Below are positions 12,255 through 23,589 of a stretch of DNA of 64,000 bases, piece by piece (positions within the stretch are counted from its first letter, which is position 1; each line of letters begins with the position of its first letter). A model generated the notes under the pieces. It searched no databases, was not told the DNA's origin, and saw nothing but the letters and a program-made list of their open reading frames with translations. Source of the DNA: Camelus dromedarius (Eukaryota). Made by a program: the position numbers and the translations under genes. The DNA lies in assembly GCF_036321535.1 (NCBI RefSeq), contig NC_087462.1, positions 11,780,001-11,844,000 on the forward strand. Reading direction: 5' to 3'.

Positions 12255-12690
12255 ATCTCCTCTTGGGTACACATACCCAGGTGGCATGGGTGGGCCCCAC
12301 GATCATCCCTGACTTCAAGAGTGTCCTATGTCAGTTTAAGCCAATCAACATCAAGGTGAATTCAAGGTTAGGCACATCGTAGCCAATTTAAAACAAGAGA
12401 AGCCACTGGGCTTTCTCTCTCATCCATGAGAGTAACTAAAAGATTCTCTTTCCCTCCGGTGGTGTGTGATATGAAGATGTGGAGCCTGGAACCACCGAAA
12501 CCATTATTCTGCCCAGAGGAGACCCCTGGGACTTCTGATTCCGTGGCTTTAAATCACTGAATCAAGCCTTTCACAAAATCAGAACATATTCTGGATTTTT
12601 TGGTTTTGCAAGTTAATGAACTCTCTTTATCGCTTAAGCCTGTTTGGTTTAGGTTTCTTTTTGTCACTTGTTTTCAAGAGTCTTTGTAGA
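12255..12690 (+). mobile_element. Old MLT1 (J/K/L-like) LTR
   Basis: TTTAAGCCAATCA, GATGTGGAGCCTGGAACCAC and 3' end GCTTAAGCCTGTTTGGTTTAGGTTTCTTTTTGTCACTTG. Confidence 0.65.
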
Positions 12691-12751
12691 GTAAAAGCCC
12701 ACTGAGTCATGTTCTGGGGGAACCAAGACAAATAATATCTTTTTCTTTCAG

Positions 12752-12818
12752 GAGACTCCTGATGTCATGGAAATACAACCTCCGAGATACAGGTTGATGG
12801 AGACCTGGCTGCTTTCAA
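12752..12818 (+). other. Candidate 67-nt internal exon (unverified, probably non-coding or pseudo-exon)
   Basis: Acceptor ATATCTTTTTCTTTCAG|G and donor CAA|GTAAGA; only frame 0 is open (ETPDVMEIQPPRYRLMETWLLS), no recognised protein. Confidence 0.15.
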
Positions 12819-13456
12819 GTAAGACCCTGGAGCACTTAGAAGAAATTGACTGGATTAGAGTTTTTTAAAGGGGACATTATAAAAGGAAAGAAAAGGAAGA
12901 TGCATTTCGCCAGGGGAACCAAGACACAGAAACAAATACCCAAAGCTTGTGCTACTCTAAGCACAGATTGAAGAATGAACCAAAAGATCCCCTGAAAGTC
13001 TGCAAAGTTTGATCTCAATGCAAATCAAACCAGTTTAGATGAAAAACACCTAAATATCCTGAAAGCTTGTGCAGAACAGAGGAACTGTGGGGCAGACCCA
13101 CGGCCTTTGAGAGCAGGGAGTGTGTTCTTTCCTCCTACAAATAACCAGGAACAAGATGTCTGACCAGAATTAATCAGATTGGTGTCAAGGATGAGTTACA
13201 AAGCAAGCAACATCTAAGAGATCCACTGTGTTATCTTTATCCTTAGGAACAGTTCAAGTTGTTAAAAATAGCTTGATTGTATTTTGAGCTCATAGCTACA
13301 TTCAATGACATCCTCTGTCACAGGAAAAGTGGCTGAGATTTTTAACCTTTCTTTTTCTAAAGAGTAAAAGCAGCCCCCTGGCTTGACTAGGAATGGCTCT
13401 TTTTTACTTAACCACAGAATTGAAACTTACTGTGCTGGGTTATGTAAAAGAAAAAG

Positions 13457-13478
13457 GAAGATAAATGCATTTATCTTC
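13457..13478. repeat. Perfect 22-bp palindrome GAAGATAAATGCATTTATCTTC
   Basis: Sequence equals its own reverse complement; contains inverted AGATAA/TTATCT GATA sites. Confidence 0.95.
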
Positions 13479-13559
13479 TGGCTATAAAGAATGATCTCTT
13501 GTGCATTTAGCTTTGGACTTCTACATACAAAATGGAGTGTGACGCAGCACAGTAAGACT

Positions 13560-13712
13560 GGAGCTCTAATGTGCATACAGATCATGTGGGAATTTTGTTG
13601 ACATGCACTTTCAGACTCAGGAGATCTAGGGTGGCCTTAGATCTGCATTTTTGACAAGATTCTCAGTGATACTGCTGTTTCCAGGTCCACAGATTGCACT
13701 TTGAGAAGCAAA
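13560..13712. mobile_element. MER5A (hAT-Charlie)
   Basis: TAATGTGCATACAGATCATGTGGGAATTTTGTTGACATGCAC...CTGCATTTTTGACAAG...CACTTTGAGAAGCA. Confidence 0.85.
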
Positions 13713-13949
13713 ATTGTAGAGCAAAGACCTGGGCTTCGTAGGATTCAAGAGGTGTGGGTCTAGTTTCAGCTCCATCATTAACCACTTGTGAGACTTTATT
13801 AATGTCACTTAAACTTTTGAATGTTCCTCGTCTATAAAATTATGCCGTCAGATTTAGTCATCTCAAAGTCCCTGACAAATCCAATCCAAAGGAAAAAGAA
13901 GCTCTATATGTTTTGCACGGTGTTTTAAAATCTCCTCTATCCATTTCCC

Positions 13950-14900
13950 CTTGTTCTTTTTCTTCATAGAAGGTATCATCTGCCATTCTAGCGACCTGAA
14001 TATTGTCCGTGGCTCTTCTTTCATCATCACCTCCTTGTATTCAATGATTCATCAAGTCTCATCCAGTTGCTTCCTAAATAATTCTAGACTCCTTTGTTTT
14101 TCTACTCCAATGGTACAACTAAAATTCAAGTAACCATCCTCCTCCTCTTGACCATAACAGCCTCCTAAAAAGTTTCTACCCTCTTCTATTTCTTCTTCCC
14201 ATCCACTTTTTTATTCATTTATTCAGCAAATGGATATATTTAAGAGTCTGCTTAGCTACTTCTCCTGTCTTCCAGGCACAGTGTTTTCTATATGCTGCAG
14301 CACACCTCTCCTCCTGTTCTCCCAGCCCTGTGGTTAGGTGGGTTCCACCTCTCTTCCCATTCCAATCTTCAATTTATATCTAATCATCTCCTGCCCCGTG
14401 TGAAATCCTTCAGTGACTTCCCACTTGTTGTAAGGATCTGGTCTGCAGTCTCTGTTACGGCAGAGGCTGTGCGTGATGTCACACTTGTCCACTCCCTTTC
14501 GTCCCTTCTTGCTCTCACATTCTAGTTGTACTGGACTACTTTGAGTTCTGTAAAAGCACCATGCTCTTTCCCATCCCAGCCTCTTTGCACCTGTCATTCC
14601 CTCCATGTGGCATATGCACTCTCTCCCTCCCTAATTCACCGAGTCCCCCTTGGTGCATTATTTTGCTAGGCTCAACTGAAATGTCACTTCCTGATTCCCA
14701 AGGTTAAGTTAGGACTCTGAGCTTAAATGTGCTGGAGGTACTTTGCACTTGACCTTCCTACGAGTCAGTGACATGCTTTGTGTGTTCAGTGTCTCTTTTC
14801 TCCAGCAGACTATCTGCTTGATGAGGACAGGTAACCCATCTGCCTTACACAGGGCTGGGCTTGAGAATATTTTCCACAATGACTAACAGAATTCAGATGG
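13950..14900 (+). mobile_element. L2 LINE 3' fragments
   Basis: Pyrimidine-rich strand with AAATCCTTCAGTGACTTCCCAC, CTCAACTGAAATGTCACTTCC and tail AATGACTAA. Confidence 0.65.
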
Positions 14901-15699
14901 AAAAAAGACAGATACCAATTTGGCTCTCCTCACCTTTAACATCCAGGTTTTATATATGATTGGGCAACTCTTGGGTACTTTGGTCTCTGCCTCCAGTTTC
15001 TCTTTATGTCAGTCTTTTCTTTATGTTGCTAGCATCTATTTCAAAGCAGAGCCTCAATCATCTGCTCAAAAATTATTTTTTGGCTCCTCATTGCCCATGG
15101 GGGCGATAACAAGCTTGTAGTCTTCATTCAAGTTGCTCTGTATTCTGTCCTAAGAAATGTTGGGGACACCATGCACCACCCAGGCAAATATCATAAAGCC
15201 TAGCCAAACAGGATTATTAGCTATCTCCCAAACCTCTCCCACATTTCCAGGTTCCATGATTTTGTCTCTATTGCTCTTTTCATAGACTATTTCTATAAGC
15301 CAACAAACATGCTGTTTTGCCATTCATCAGTTTTTATTTATCTTGGATTAAAAATAATCTCTTCTTCTTCTGTAGTTTCTTAGTAGTTCATTTGTCCCTT
15401 CATGCTGGAGGCTTAAAGGGGCCTAATCACCCTTGTCCTCTTGTCCCTAGTCTAGCCATTGAAATGGACAGAAGAAGCCAAAGGTGATAATGAACAAATG
15501 AGGTTTAAAACTCATAAATGACAAATCTTCCTGGATTGTTAAACATGGCTTAGATCTAAGGGCTTCCCTATTCCTCCATCCCTTCCCAAATTTACATTCC
15601 ATGTGGGAAAAGTCGGCGTCTACTGAGAAAATGCTTATGTAGACAGCTAACTGCAAAATTGTAGCTTCCTTCACAAACTCATTCAGAAAAACGACTTAG

Positions 15700-15995
15700 A
15701 GCAATACTCTGCAATAGAAATATAATACAAGACATACGCACAATTTTAAAAAGTTTTAGTAGCCACCTAAAAATTTTTTAAAGGGCAACATTATCATTTT
15801 AATAATATATTTTATTTAACCCAGTATATTCAAAGCATTGTCATTTCAGTGTGTAATCAATAGAAAAAGTACTGATGATCTCTTTTGCCCTCTTTTTCAC
15901 GTCATACTAAATCTGGTGTATATTTTATACTTAAAAGACATGTCCGGTGCTCAGCCCACATGCAGCTAGTGGCTGTTCTACTAGGCAGCAAAGCC
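15700..15995. mobile_element. MER33/MER3-like hAT element
   Basis: CAATAGAAATATAATACAAGAC, TTTATTTAACCCAGTATATTCAAA, AAATCTGGTGTATATTTTATACTTA, GTGCTCAGCCCACATGCAGCTAGTGGCT. Confidence 0.85.
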
Positions 15996-16024
15996 TTAGA
16001 GAAAGACAAAGGCCACTCTCGCCT

Positions 16025-16175
16025 TTTAAAAATACATGTTTATTTTTAACTAATTATAGGTTCAGAAAAAGCTGCAAAGAAATGAAGAGCAAGGTGCCAC
16101 AAACCCTTTACCCTGTCTTCCCCAATGTTGATCTTTTAAAAAATTACCGTACAATAACCAAACCAGGAGATTATA
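16025..16175 (-). mobile_element. L1MC-type 3' end fragment, antisense
   Basis: AAAAGCTGCAAAG...CCCTTTACCCTGTCTTCCCCAATGTT...ACAATAACCAAACCAGGAGATT. Confidence 0.7.
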
Positions 16176-16860
16176 TTGCTCCAACGTTGCCTTTCAGAAG
16201 CAGTGGCCTTTTCCCCTGTACATAACCAGATTTCTCTGAGATCACCAAGGGGCAGTTTCTTCTTTCATCCTACGAGGAGAAATTAACAGTAAAATGGAGA
16301 CATGAGCTAAAGTTGTTCATTTCAATATATTGCTTTCTTCCAGAGAGTGGATCAGACCTCCCTGCACCTATGAAAGGAAGAACTCTTTCCTATACCACCC
16401 CAGTATATTACACCCTGCCTTGTTTTAGCGTTAATTATTTCTGATTCTGTTTTTATTGAAGACGTAATAAGATCCTGGGACACAGGGACACATTCTTCTC
16501 AGTATCTTCCAGACACACATTGGTTTGCATAGGGAAGATGCTCAGTGAGTATTCCGTGAGACGATTTCTTGAAATAATCCAATTGTGATGTGAAAGGCAT
16601 TTATTATTCACATTTTCAAGCTACTCAACTGTTGCACACCTAAAAGGGAAATGACATAACCTTTGGATGGGCCTGACGGACAGCTTTTCTCAGGCGAGAA
16701 AGACTTAAGGGAACCCAGTAAATTAGTCAGTAGCTATCCAACTAGAGATACAAGCCTCTTTTCCTTAAACTAGTTTTAATCGGAATTAAGTCTTTGAAGT
16801 CTTGTCATCCATTCTGTAGATAGTTATTAGTGAGTTTCCCATCGGCACACCTCAAAAAGA

Positions 16861-17300
16861 GAAAAACAGAGATGCAAAGACGCTCCCAGGCAAACGAGCA
16901 CACACGACCGTTCAGCTGATAACTGGGGCATAGATACAAACCATTGTCTTTCCTGCCCAGTCTCTATAGTCTGGACGTGTTGAATCAGCTGCAAGAGCTA
17001 CCAGCTTCAAAGAGATTGACACCCAAACGCTTCGGTGGGCGATTAGCACAGGGCCAGGAACACGGCAGAGACCAGGAAACATACGCTGAGTGAATGAGCA
17101 GACGAGCTGACGACGTTCTGCGCCTGTGAATGAAAACTACTGCCAGCTGTATCAGTAAACAAAGGACGCTGTGGCCATCAGGTCACCAGCCACTACCGCC
17201 ACCCCTGACAGTGAGCGGAGGGAACTCGGGACACAGACAAGCAGGCCGATCGCTCTGGAAGGCTGTTCCGCCCAGGCAACGGAGAAGCCAGGATACATGA
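16861..17300. promoter_or_regulatory. CpG-island-like patch
   Basis: Hand count: 22 CpG and 238 G+C in 440 bp (54% GC, CpG o/e about 0.7 if C equals G). Confidence 0.5.
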
Positions 17301-17662
17301 GTTTTTGCAACAAAGACCAGGTAGTCAGAACATCAAAAGATTACTGTTAACTAAAGAAAACCAGATTATCTCAAGCTAAGGAATTTAGTGCCTTTCTATG
17401 TATGGGAAGGTGCAAATGTCTGGGCTCACTGAAATGTTCCTTGGACGCGCACCTAGCTGTCTAGGGCCAGTGTCCTGTTCTTTCACATCCTGAGTTCCCT
17501 CGGGGTGCACTGCTGGGGCTGGCTGCAGAGGCCACGCTGCCTGCTTGTCTGCATCCTAAGTTCCCTCCACTCGCTGTCGGGGGAGGTGGCGGAAGTGGCT
17601 GATGACTTGATGGCCACACGATTCTTCATTTACAGATACGGCCGGCAGTATTTTCAGGCACA
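17125..17662 (-). mobile_element. ERV1-type LTR (U3 to TATA region, minus strand) capped by an inverted copy of its own U3 start
   Basis: GTAGTCAGAACATCAAAAGATTACTG and GGAATTTAGTGCCTTTCTATGTATGGGAAG match an LTR family I recall from cetartiodactyl genomes; 17125-17245 is the reverse complement of 17540-17662. Confidence 0.8.
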
Positions 17663-18199
17663 GTAGCTATGCAAACTTCAGCTAGTTCCCTCCTCGCCCC
17701 AGGTCTTAATTTACCTTCGTGTAAACTGCACAGTAGTGTAACGTGAGATGATTACCCGGGGCTAATGTTCTACGTCTCAGGCCTCCTTGAAAGAAAACTG
17801 TGGTATCTCACCCTCCAATTATAAAGGGTAGATGCCACAGATGCTTTAAAAAAAAAATAAAGTATAACTGCCTTGTAGAGAACCTAAGGGAAAATGTTAA
17901 ACTTCTTTCCAGAAAAATGCGTGTGTGCACATGCATGACCTTGACAATTTTGCTTAGAATTTTAGGTTAAGAAGTATTGCTTTGAATTCAATTTATATAT
18001 TTTTAAGACCACCTCTAGGCACGTTTTTGAAGTAGCTGAAGTTTGCTTTTTATTTCTTTTCACCTTTCTATTTCCTTTCAGTACTCACTTACTTGTAGGC
18101 GCTTAAGACGCTCTCCATTTAGGTGTAAAAATCTCTTAATCGTTTCAATTGCCACGATATATCCATCAGATAGAAAAGTTCCAAAAGAAGTTAAAAGGC

Positions 18200-19303
18200 C
18201 TAGTAACTATGAAACAATATTCATACTAGTTCATTGTTTGGGTGTGCTAGAATTTATTGATTCCCTCACCTACTGAAGGACATCTTAGTTGCTTCCCAGT
18301 TTTGGTTATTATGAATAAAGCTGATGTAAACATCTGTGTGCAGGTTTTTGCGTGGGCATAAATTTTTAATTCACTTGGGTAAGTATCAAGCAGTGTGATT
18401 GCTGGATCATATGGTTAGAATACATTTATTTTTGAAAGAAACCACCAAACTGTCTTTCAAAGTGGCTGTATCATTATGCATTTCTATCAGCAAAGTATGA
18501 GCGTTCCTGTTGCCTCACATCCTCGCCAGCATTTGGTGTTGTCAGTGTTTCAGATTTTGGCCATTCAAACAGGTGTATAGTGGTATCTCATCCTTGTTTT
18601 AATTCGCATCTCCCTGATGACATATCATGTGAAGCATCTCTTCATATGCTTCCTGTAGGCCATGTGTACATCTTCTTTATTGAGATGTCTGTTAAGGTCT
18701 TTGGCCCATTTGCTAATTGGGTTGTTTGTTTTCTTATTGTTAAGCTTTAAAAGTTCTTAGTATATTTTGGATAGTAGTCCTTCATCAGATGTATCTTTTG
18801 CAAATATTTCCTCTCAGGCTGTGGCTTGTCTTCTCATTCTCTAGACATTATCTTTTCCAGAGAAGAAATTTTCAATTTTTATGAAACCCAGCTTGTCAGT
18901 TTCTTTCACGGACTGTGTCTTTGGTGTTGTGTTTAAAAAGGCCCTGCCATGCTCCAGGACATCTAGGTTTTCTCCTGTGTTATCTTCCAGGAGTTTTATA
19001 GTTTTGAGTTTTACATTTAGGTCTACATATTCCATTTTGAGTTAATCTTTGTGAAGGATGTGATGTCTAGGTCAAATTTTTTTTTTTTGCGTGCAGATGT
19101 CCATTTGTTCCAGGACCACCTGTTGAAAAGACTATCTCTTTGCTCCATTCTACTGCCTTTGCTTCTTTGTCAAAGATCAGCTGACTATATTGATGTGGGT
19201 CTATTTCTGGGCATTCTGTCTTGTTCCATTGATCTATTTGTCTAGTCTTTTGCCAATACCACACTTTCTTGGTTACTGTAGCTTTACAGTAAGTCTTAAA
19301 GTC
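18200..19303 (-). mobile_element. L1 ORF2 C-terminal region and 3' UTR, antisense
   Basis: ORF-track peptides [32 protein letters not shown] and DLNVKLKTIKLLEDNTGENL are L1 ORF2p. Confidence 0.95.
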
Positions 19304-19613
19304 AGAGATTAGTTCTTTTTTTCATTTAATAAATACTTACTGTGTATCTACCAGGTAAACACAGTGGTGAATACAATGATGAACAAAATACATTGGTGAA
19401 CAAAACAAACGTCTCCCTTCATGAAGTAAGCCAAATATTAATCAGATCAACAAATAATAAGTGACAAACTGTGATCAGTGTGGTGAAGAGAAATTACAGG
19501 GATTTATGAAAGAGATTAAATAGGAAATGGATCTGGATTAGGGCATCAAAGGTTTACCCAATGTAAGACCACTTTAGTTGAGGTGTAAAGGATATAAAGT
19601 CAGATTGGGTTAA

Positions 19614-19616
<3 letters not shown>

Positions 19617-19658
<42 letters not shown>
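19617..19658. repeat. (GT)21 microsatellite
   Basis: Direct reading. Confidence 0.95.
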
Positions 19659-19661
<3 letters not shown>

Positions 19662-19914
19662 TTTAGGGGAGATGTGAAGAGAAATGGCCCAGTTTAGGAA
19701 GTGAAGAAAACCTCTGGTACGTGAGGAACAGAAGGTAAAGAAATGCTTGAGAAGGTTGAGGAAGAAACAGGGCCCATATCCTACACGGCTGTGTGTGTCA
19801 CATTACATTGTTGACTATTTCTCTAGAGCGATGCGAAACCATGCCTGGGTTCAAAATATGCGTCTGGTTTGACATGTAGCCAGGGCCTCTGAGTTAATAG
19901 ATTTAATAGCTGAT

Positions 19915-20125
19915 AATATTTACTTTGTACTTACTTTGTGCCAAACCCTTTCAAAGTGCTTTATGTGAAATAACTCATGGACTCCTCATGGCCACCCTCT
20001 ATGGTAGCTCCTGTTACTTATCACTTACATTTTGCAGGTGAAGAAACTGAGGCACAGAGAAGTTAAGCAAGTTTTTCAAGGTCACACAGCTAGTTAGTAG
20101 AAGAGTCGGGATATGAAACCAGGAA
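19915..20125 (-). mobile_element. MIR SINE
   Basis: TTTTGCAGGTGAAGAAACTGAGGCACAGAGAAGTTAAGCAAG...CAAGGTCACACAGCTAGT. Confidence 0.85.
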
Positions 20126-20289
20126 AGACGTTTAAAGATGATAAAAGAAATAAAGTATTATTATTCTAAATGGAGGGTATATCTGGCTTCCCCATTCACT
20201 TGCAAAAGTGATTCAGCCTTCTCACACACAAGACACACCTTTAAACTCTTGAGTTATATAAATCCCGTAAGTCCTCTACTGAAACGGAG

Positions 20290-20430
20290 TCTGTTGGAGC
20301 TGGATTTTCTATTACTTACCACCTAACTATTCCTAACTGATATAGTTTGCATGCCAATTAAATGAGTCAGTGTGTGCAAAGAGCTATGCCTAATACCTGG
20401 TACTTATCAAGTGTTCGATAACTTGTACCT
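20290..20430 (+). mobile_element. MIR SINE 3' part
   Basis: ATTAAATGAGTCAGTGTGTGCAAAG...CCTGGTACTTATCAAGTG. Confidence 0.6.
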
Positions 20431-22449
20431 AACATTATTCTACCCAAAAGGTTCTCTGTACAGTTTTCAGCACTTTCTGCCTTTATTCCCACCCCCAAAG
20501 CTCTTTCTCAGGTTTTGAAAACCCTCTTGACCTACTGAAATCTTAACAGCCAACCTCAATTTTTCCTTCTCTCTTCCAAAGCCGTTGCCCAGATCCCTGG
20601 TTACCTGTCTCTAGTCAGCCTAGGTGAGATGCTCAGGGCCTTGCCCTCTGTGCTTACGAAGTCACTTAACACATGACATTGTAACAGGTTCTTTGTCTCC
20701 TGCTCCTGGAGGGCAGGGACTGTTTCCAATGGCTGGATTCCCTTACAGCCTGACAAACAGTAGGTGCTCAGTAAATGCAAAAATGATCACATGAAGTTTC
20801 ATCCAGCAAGCTCATCTCAGCAGTGATGCTGCTGGAGAGGGGACAGGAAGAACATCAGGAAACCTCCCTGGTGTATCAGAGCCACATTAATAATTCGCCA
20901 CCAGCAAACAGAGGGAGAACAAAGCAGAGAAAGCTTTCCAAGATACGTACTCCTGAAAACCAACAGGGAGTAGCTGACTGGGAGCTACTTAGAAATGTTG
21001 TTTATTGGAGTTTTTGGTAATGGTTTGTAAATATCCGTAATTTTTTTCAGAGAAACATTTCCTCATCTTTTCCTCCTAATGCCCCATATTTAAAACTCAT
21101 TTCTCAAATATTGTCAAACTGAAAATCCAACCAGAGGCTCCTAACCCAGCCATGAAGCTTTTTCCCCCCTTATTTCTGCCAGCAATCAGACAAAACTTTC
21201 CTTTCCGGATGGGGGAGGGGAGAAGAACTCACTGCCTTGGTTGTCTCCGTGGAGAAAACTTTAAGTCAAAATTTTCTCTTAAATCCTCAAGTTGAAAGGA
21301 ATCTCCCCGTTCTGTGAAAGGAGTGGGGATAAGATTGAAGTGAGGTGACTGTGAGGGGGAGTTTCCAAGGAGACTGCTTAGGTCTCGAGTGCTGTTCAGG
21401 AGGGAAAAAGAGAGTGGAGAGGTGTTTGATGCGGAACTCGAGCAGAGTCTCCCTGGGATCCAAAACGCTTCTGTCTGTCTATGCTGGCTCTCGAGGTCAA
21501 CTTCAGAACTTTACTTCTTGACAGAGAAGCTCGTGTAAAGGCAGCTCCTCTCTTCCATGTCCTGTGGCAAAGCTGGACAGCTTGGAGCAGCCTTATTTTA
21601 CTTAATAAATACATTCTCTGCACTGAGCCAGGGTTCAGGAAGAAGGTCATCCAATGTAAGCATTCCAGTCCCAGGTGACAATCACTTACAAACTTCCAAG
21701 CCAACACTCTTAACCACTGCATGGTATCTCTGGTCTCAGTACAGCAATGTCTGAAAATTTTTATTTAATTTTCCTCTCCAAAGCACGAACAGAAGCGTGC
21801 TTGCTACAGTGCCAGGAGGGGCAGATGCAAAGGACTCTGTCCTCTGTTCTCAAGGAGCAGGGAGGCATGAATATGCAGTACAGCAGATAGGAGTTTCAGC
21901 TCCAGAGTCATCATCTGCACTAGGGTTTGGACTCTGGTTCTGTCTCTTAAGAGCTATGTGGCCGCGGACAACTTACTCAGTAATACCCACCCCACACTGC
22001 TACTGTGAATGTCAAATGACATAACGGCTTATATAAAATATTGTATATAAAATTGTTCATTTTACATACAATAACGTATACAATAAGCAGTTTCTGATAC
22101 CTAATAGTTGCCCACAAGTAAACGGTGGTCTTAGTGATCACTTCCATCAAATAAAGGTTAGACTGCATTCTTTCTAGAAAAAAACTCACTACACTTGTGT
22201 CCTTGGGCACAATAATATCATCATCCTTTATCTCTCAGTTACCACCTGCTTAACAGTAATTCTTATCAAAGGACAGTCTCCTTTCCATTGTGGAGAAAGA
22301 AAACTGTGTATGTGTGTATGGTTGGGGACATGGAGAATGGTTCTTGGTGGGGGGCAGGGAAGGGGGTAACAAAGCATTTAGTGAGTAAGAATATGAAAGA
22401 CAAGAAAGTTAGAAGGTGAGTGCCAACCCCTTTTACTGGGCTCAGCTGC

Positions 22450-22818
22450 TATGTATAGGCTGTTAATGGCTCACAACTGTATACTCTTCTTCGAAAATGT
22501 GCCCTAGGCCAGTGGAAGCCACCTGCTCAAGGACGCAGACACCGGGGAGGATGTGCCACGCCTCCTCCCCAACCACCTGTACAGCTCCCAGCTCGTGACT
22601 GACTGATACCCCAAGGTGGGTATCACGTGCCCCACGGTGGGACAAGCCCTTCCTGCTGTAGAGCTCCAGGCGGAATCAGGCTGAGTCTTTGCGTGGGGTC
22701 CTTCCTGATCTGTCTCCTCACCCCCCAGCACATTTCACTCAAGAGCCCTCTCTTACAACTCACTTGTGTAAGAATCCCCATGTCTGGCTCGGCTCCCAGG
22801 GAATGTAACCTGAGATAA
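22450..22818 (+). mobile_element. ERVL-type (LTR33/LTR16-like) solo LTR
   Basis: 3' end TGTCTGGCTCGGCTCCCAGGGAATGTAACCTGAGATA resembles ERVL LTR terminus. Confidence 0.55.
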
Positions 22819-23098
22819 CAACCATTTGTGACAAATTTTATGGAGGAAGGCTCTCCCTGGGTCCTGCCTCTTAGCTTAGAGGGGTAGTCCAGAGTCAACC
22901 ATTTGTTTTGGCTTTCAGCTGGCAGATGGGAAAGTGGATGGTGGAGAACACAGAAGTGAGCTTGGTGTAGCAGACCTGTGAAATCTCAGTCCTGTGAGGG
23001 TCAAGGACATAGTGAGGGAAGGATGAAAAATCACTATTCAGTCTCAGATACCGTGTTTAAATTTTATGTATATGTTATCTTATTTAAATGCTGATACG

Positions 23099-23589
23099 CC
23101 TGGTGCAGGGTCCTCCAGGTCCGCTCATGCTGTTGCACATGGCAAGATTTCCTGCTTCTTGACGGCTGATACTACCCCCCTGTGTGTCCATACCACGTTC
23201 TCCTTATTCAGCCATTGGTGGACACAGAAGTTGTCTTCCTCTCTTGGCTACTGTGAGGACTGCTGGGTGAGCCTAGGGGACATCACACTGAAATAAGCCA
23301 ATCAGAGAAGGAAAAGTACTGCATATTTCTACTTAGGGGATGTATCCAAAACAGTTAAAACTCATAGAAACAGAAAGTAGAAATGGAGGTTGCCCAGGGC
23401 AGAGGGGAGTGGGGGGTGGGAGTTGCTGGTCAACAGGCAAGTTCAAGTTCCAGTTATGCTAGCTCAGTAAGTTCTAGAGATCTGATGTACAGCACTGTGT
23501 TTGTTGTTAACACAACTGTATTGTACACTTAAAATTTTGTTAAGAGGGTAGATCTTACATTGTGTTTTCTTACTGCAATAAAAAATAAA
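23099..23589 (+). mobile_element. L1 (L1MA9/L1MB-like) 3' end with 5' inversion
   Basis: 23099-23265 is antisense L1 3' sequence; 23266-23589 is the sense continuation ending TTAAGAGGGTAGATCTT...AATAAAAAATAAA. Confidence 0.85.

Noticed and set aside
17125-17662. MITE/DNA transposon interpretation of the inverted-repeat element
   Set aside because: No TA or 8-bp TSD, and both arms and interior are LTR-derived; kept as a rearranged LTR instead.
18841-19264. ORFs with reverse-transcriptase-protein-like peptides
   Set aside because: Broken L1 ORF2p fragments, not a functional gene.
23404-23420. G-quadruplex-like run
   Set aside because: Ordinary G-rich tract of the L1 3' UTR.
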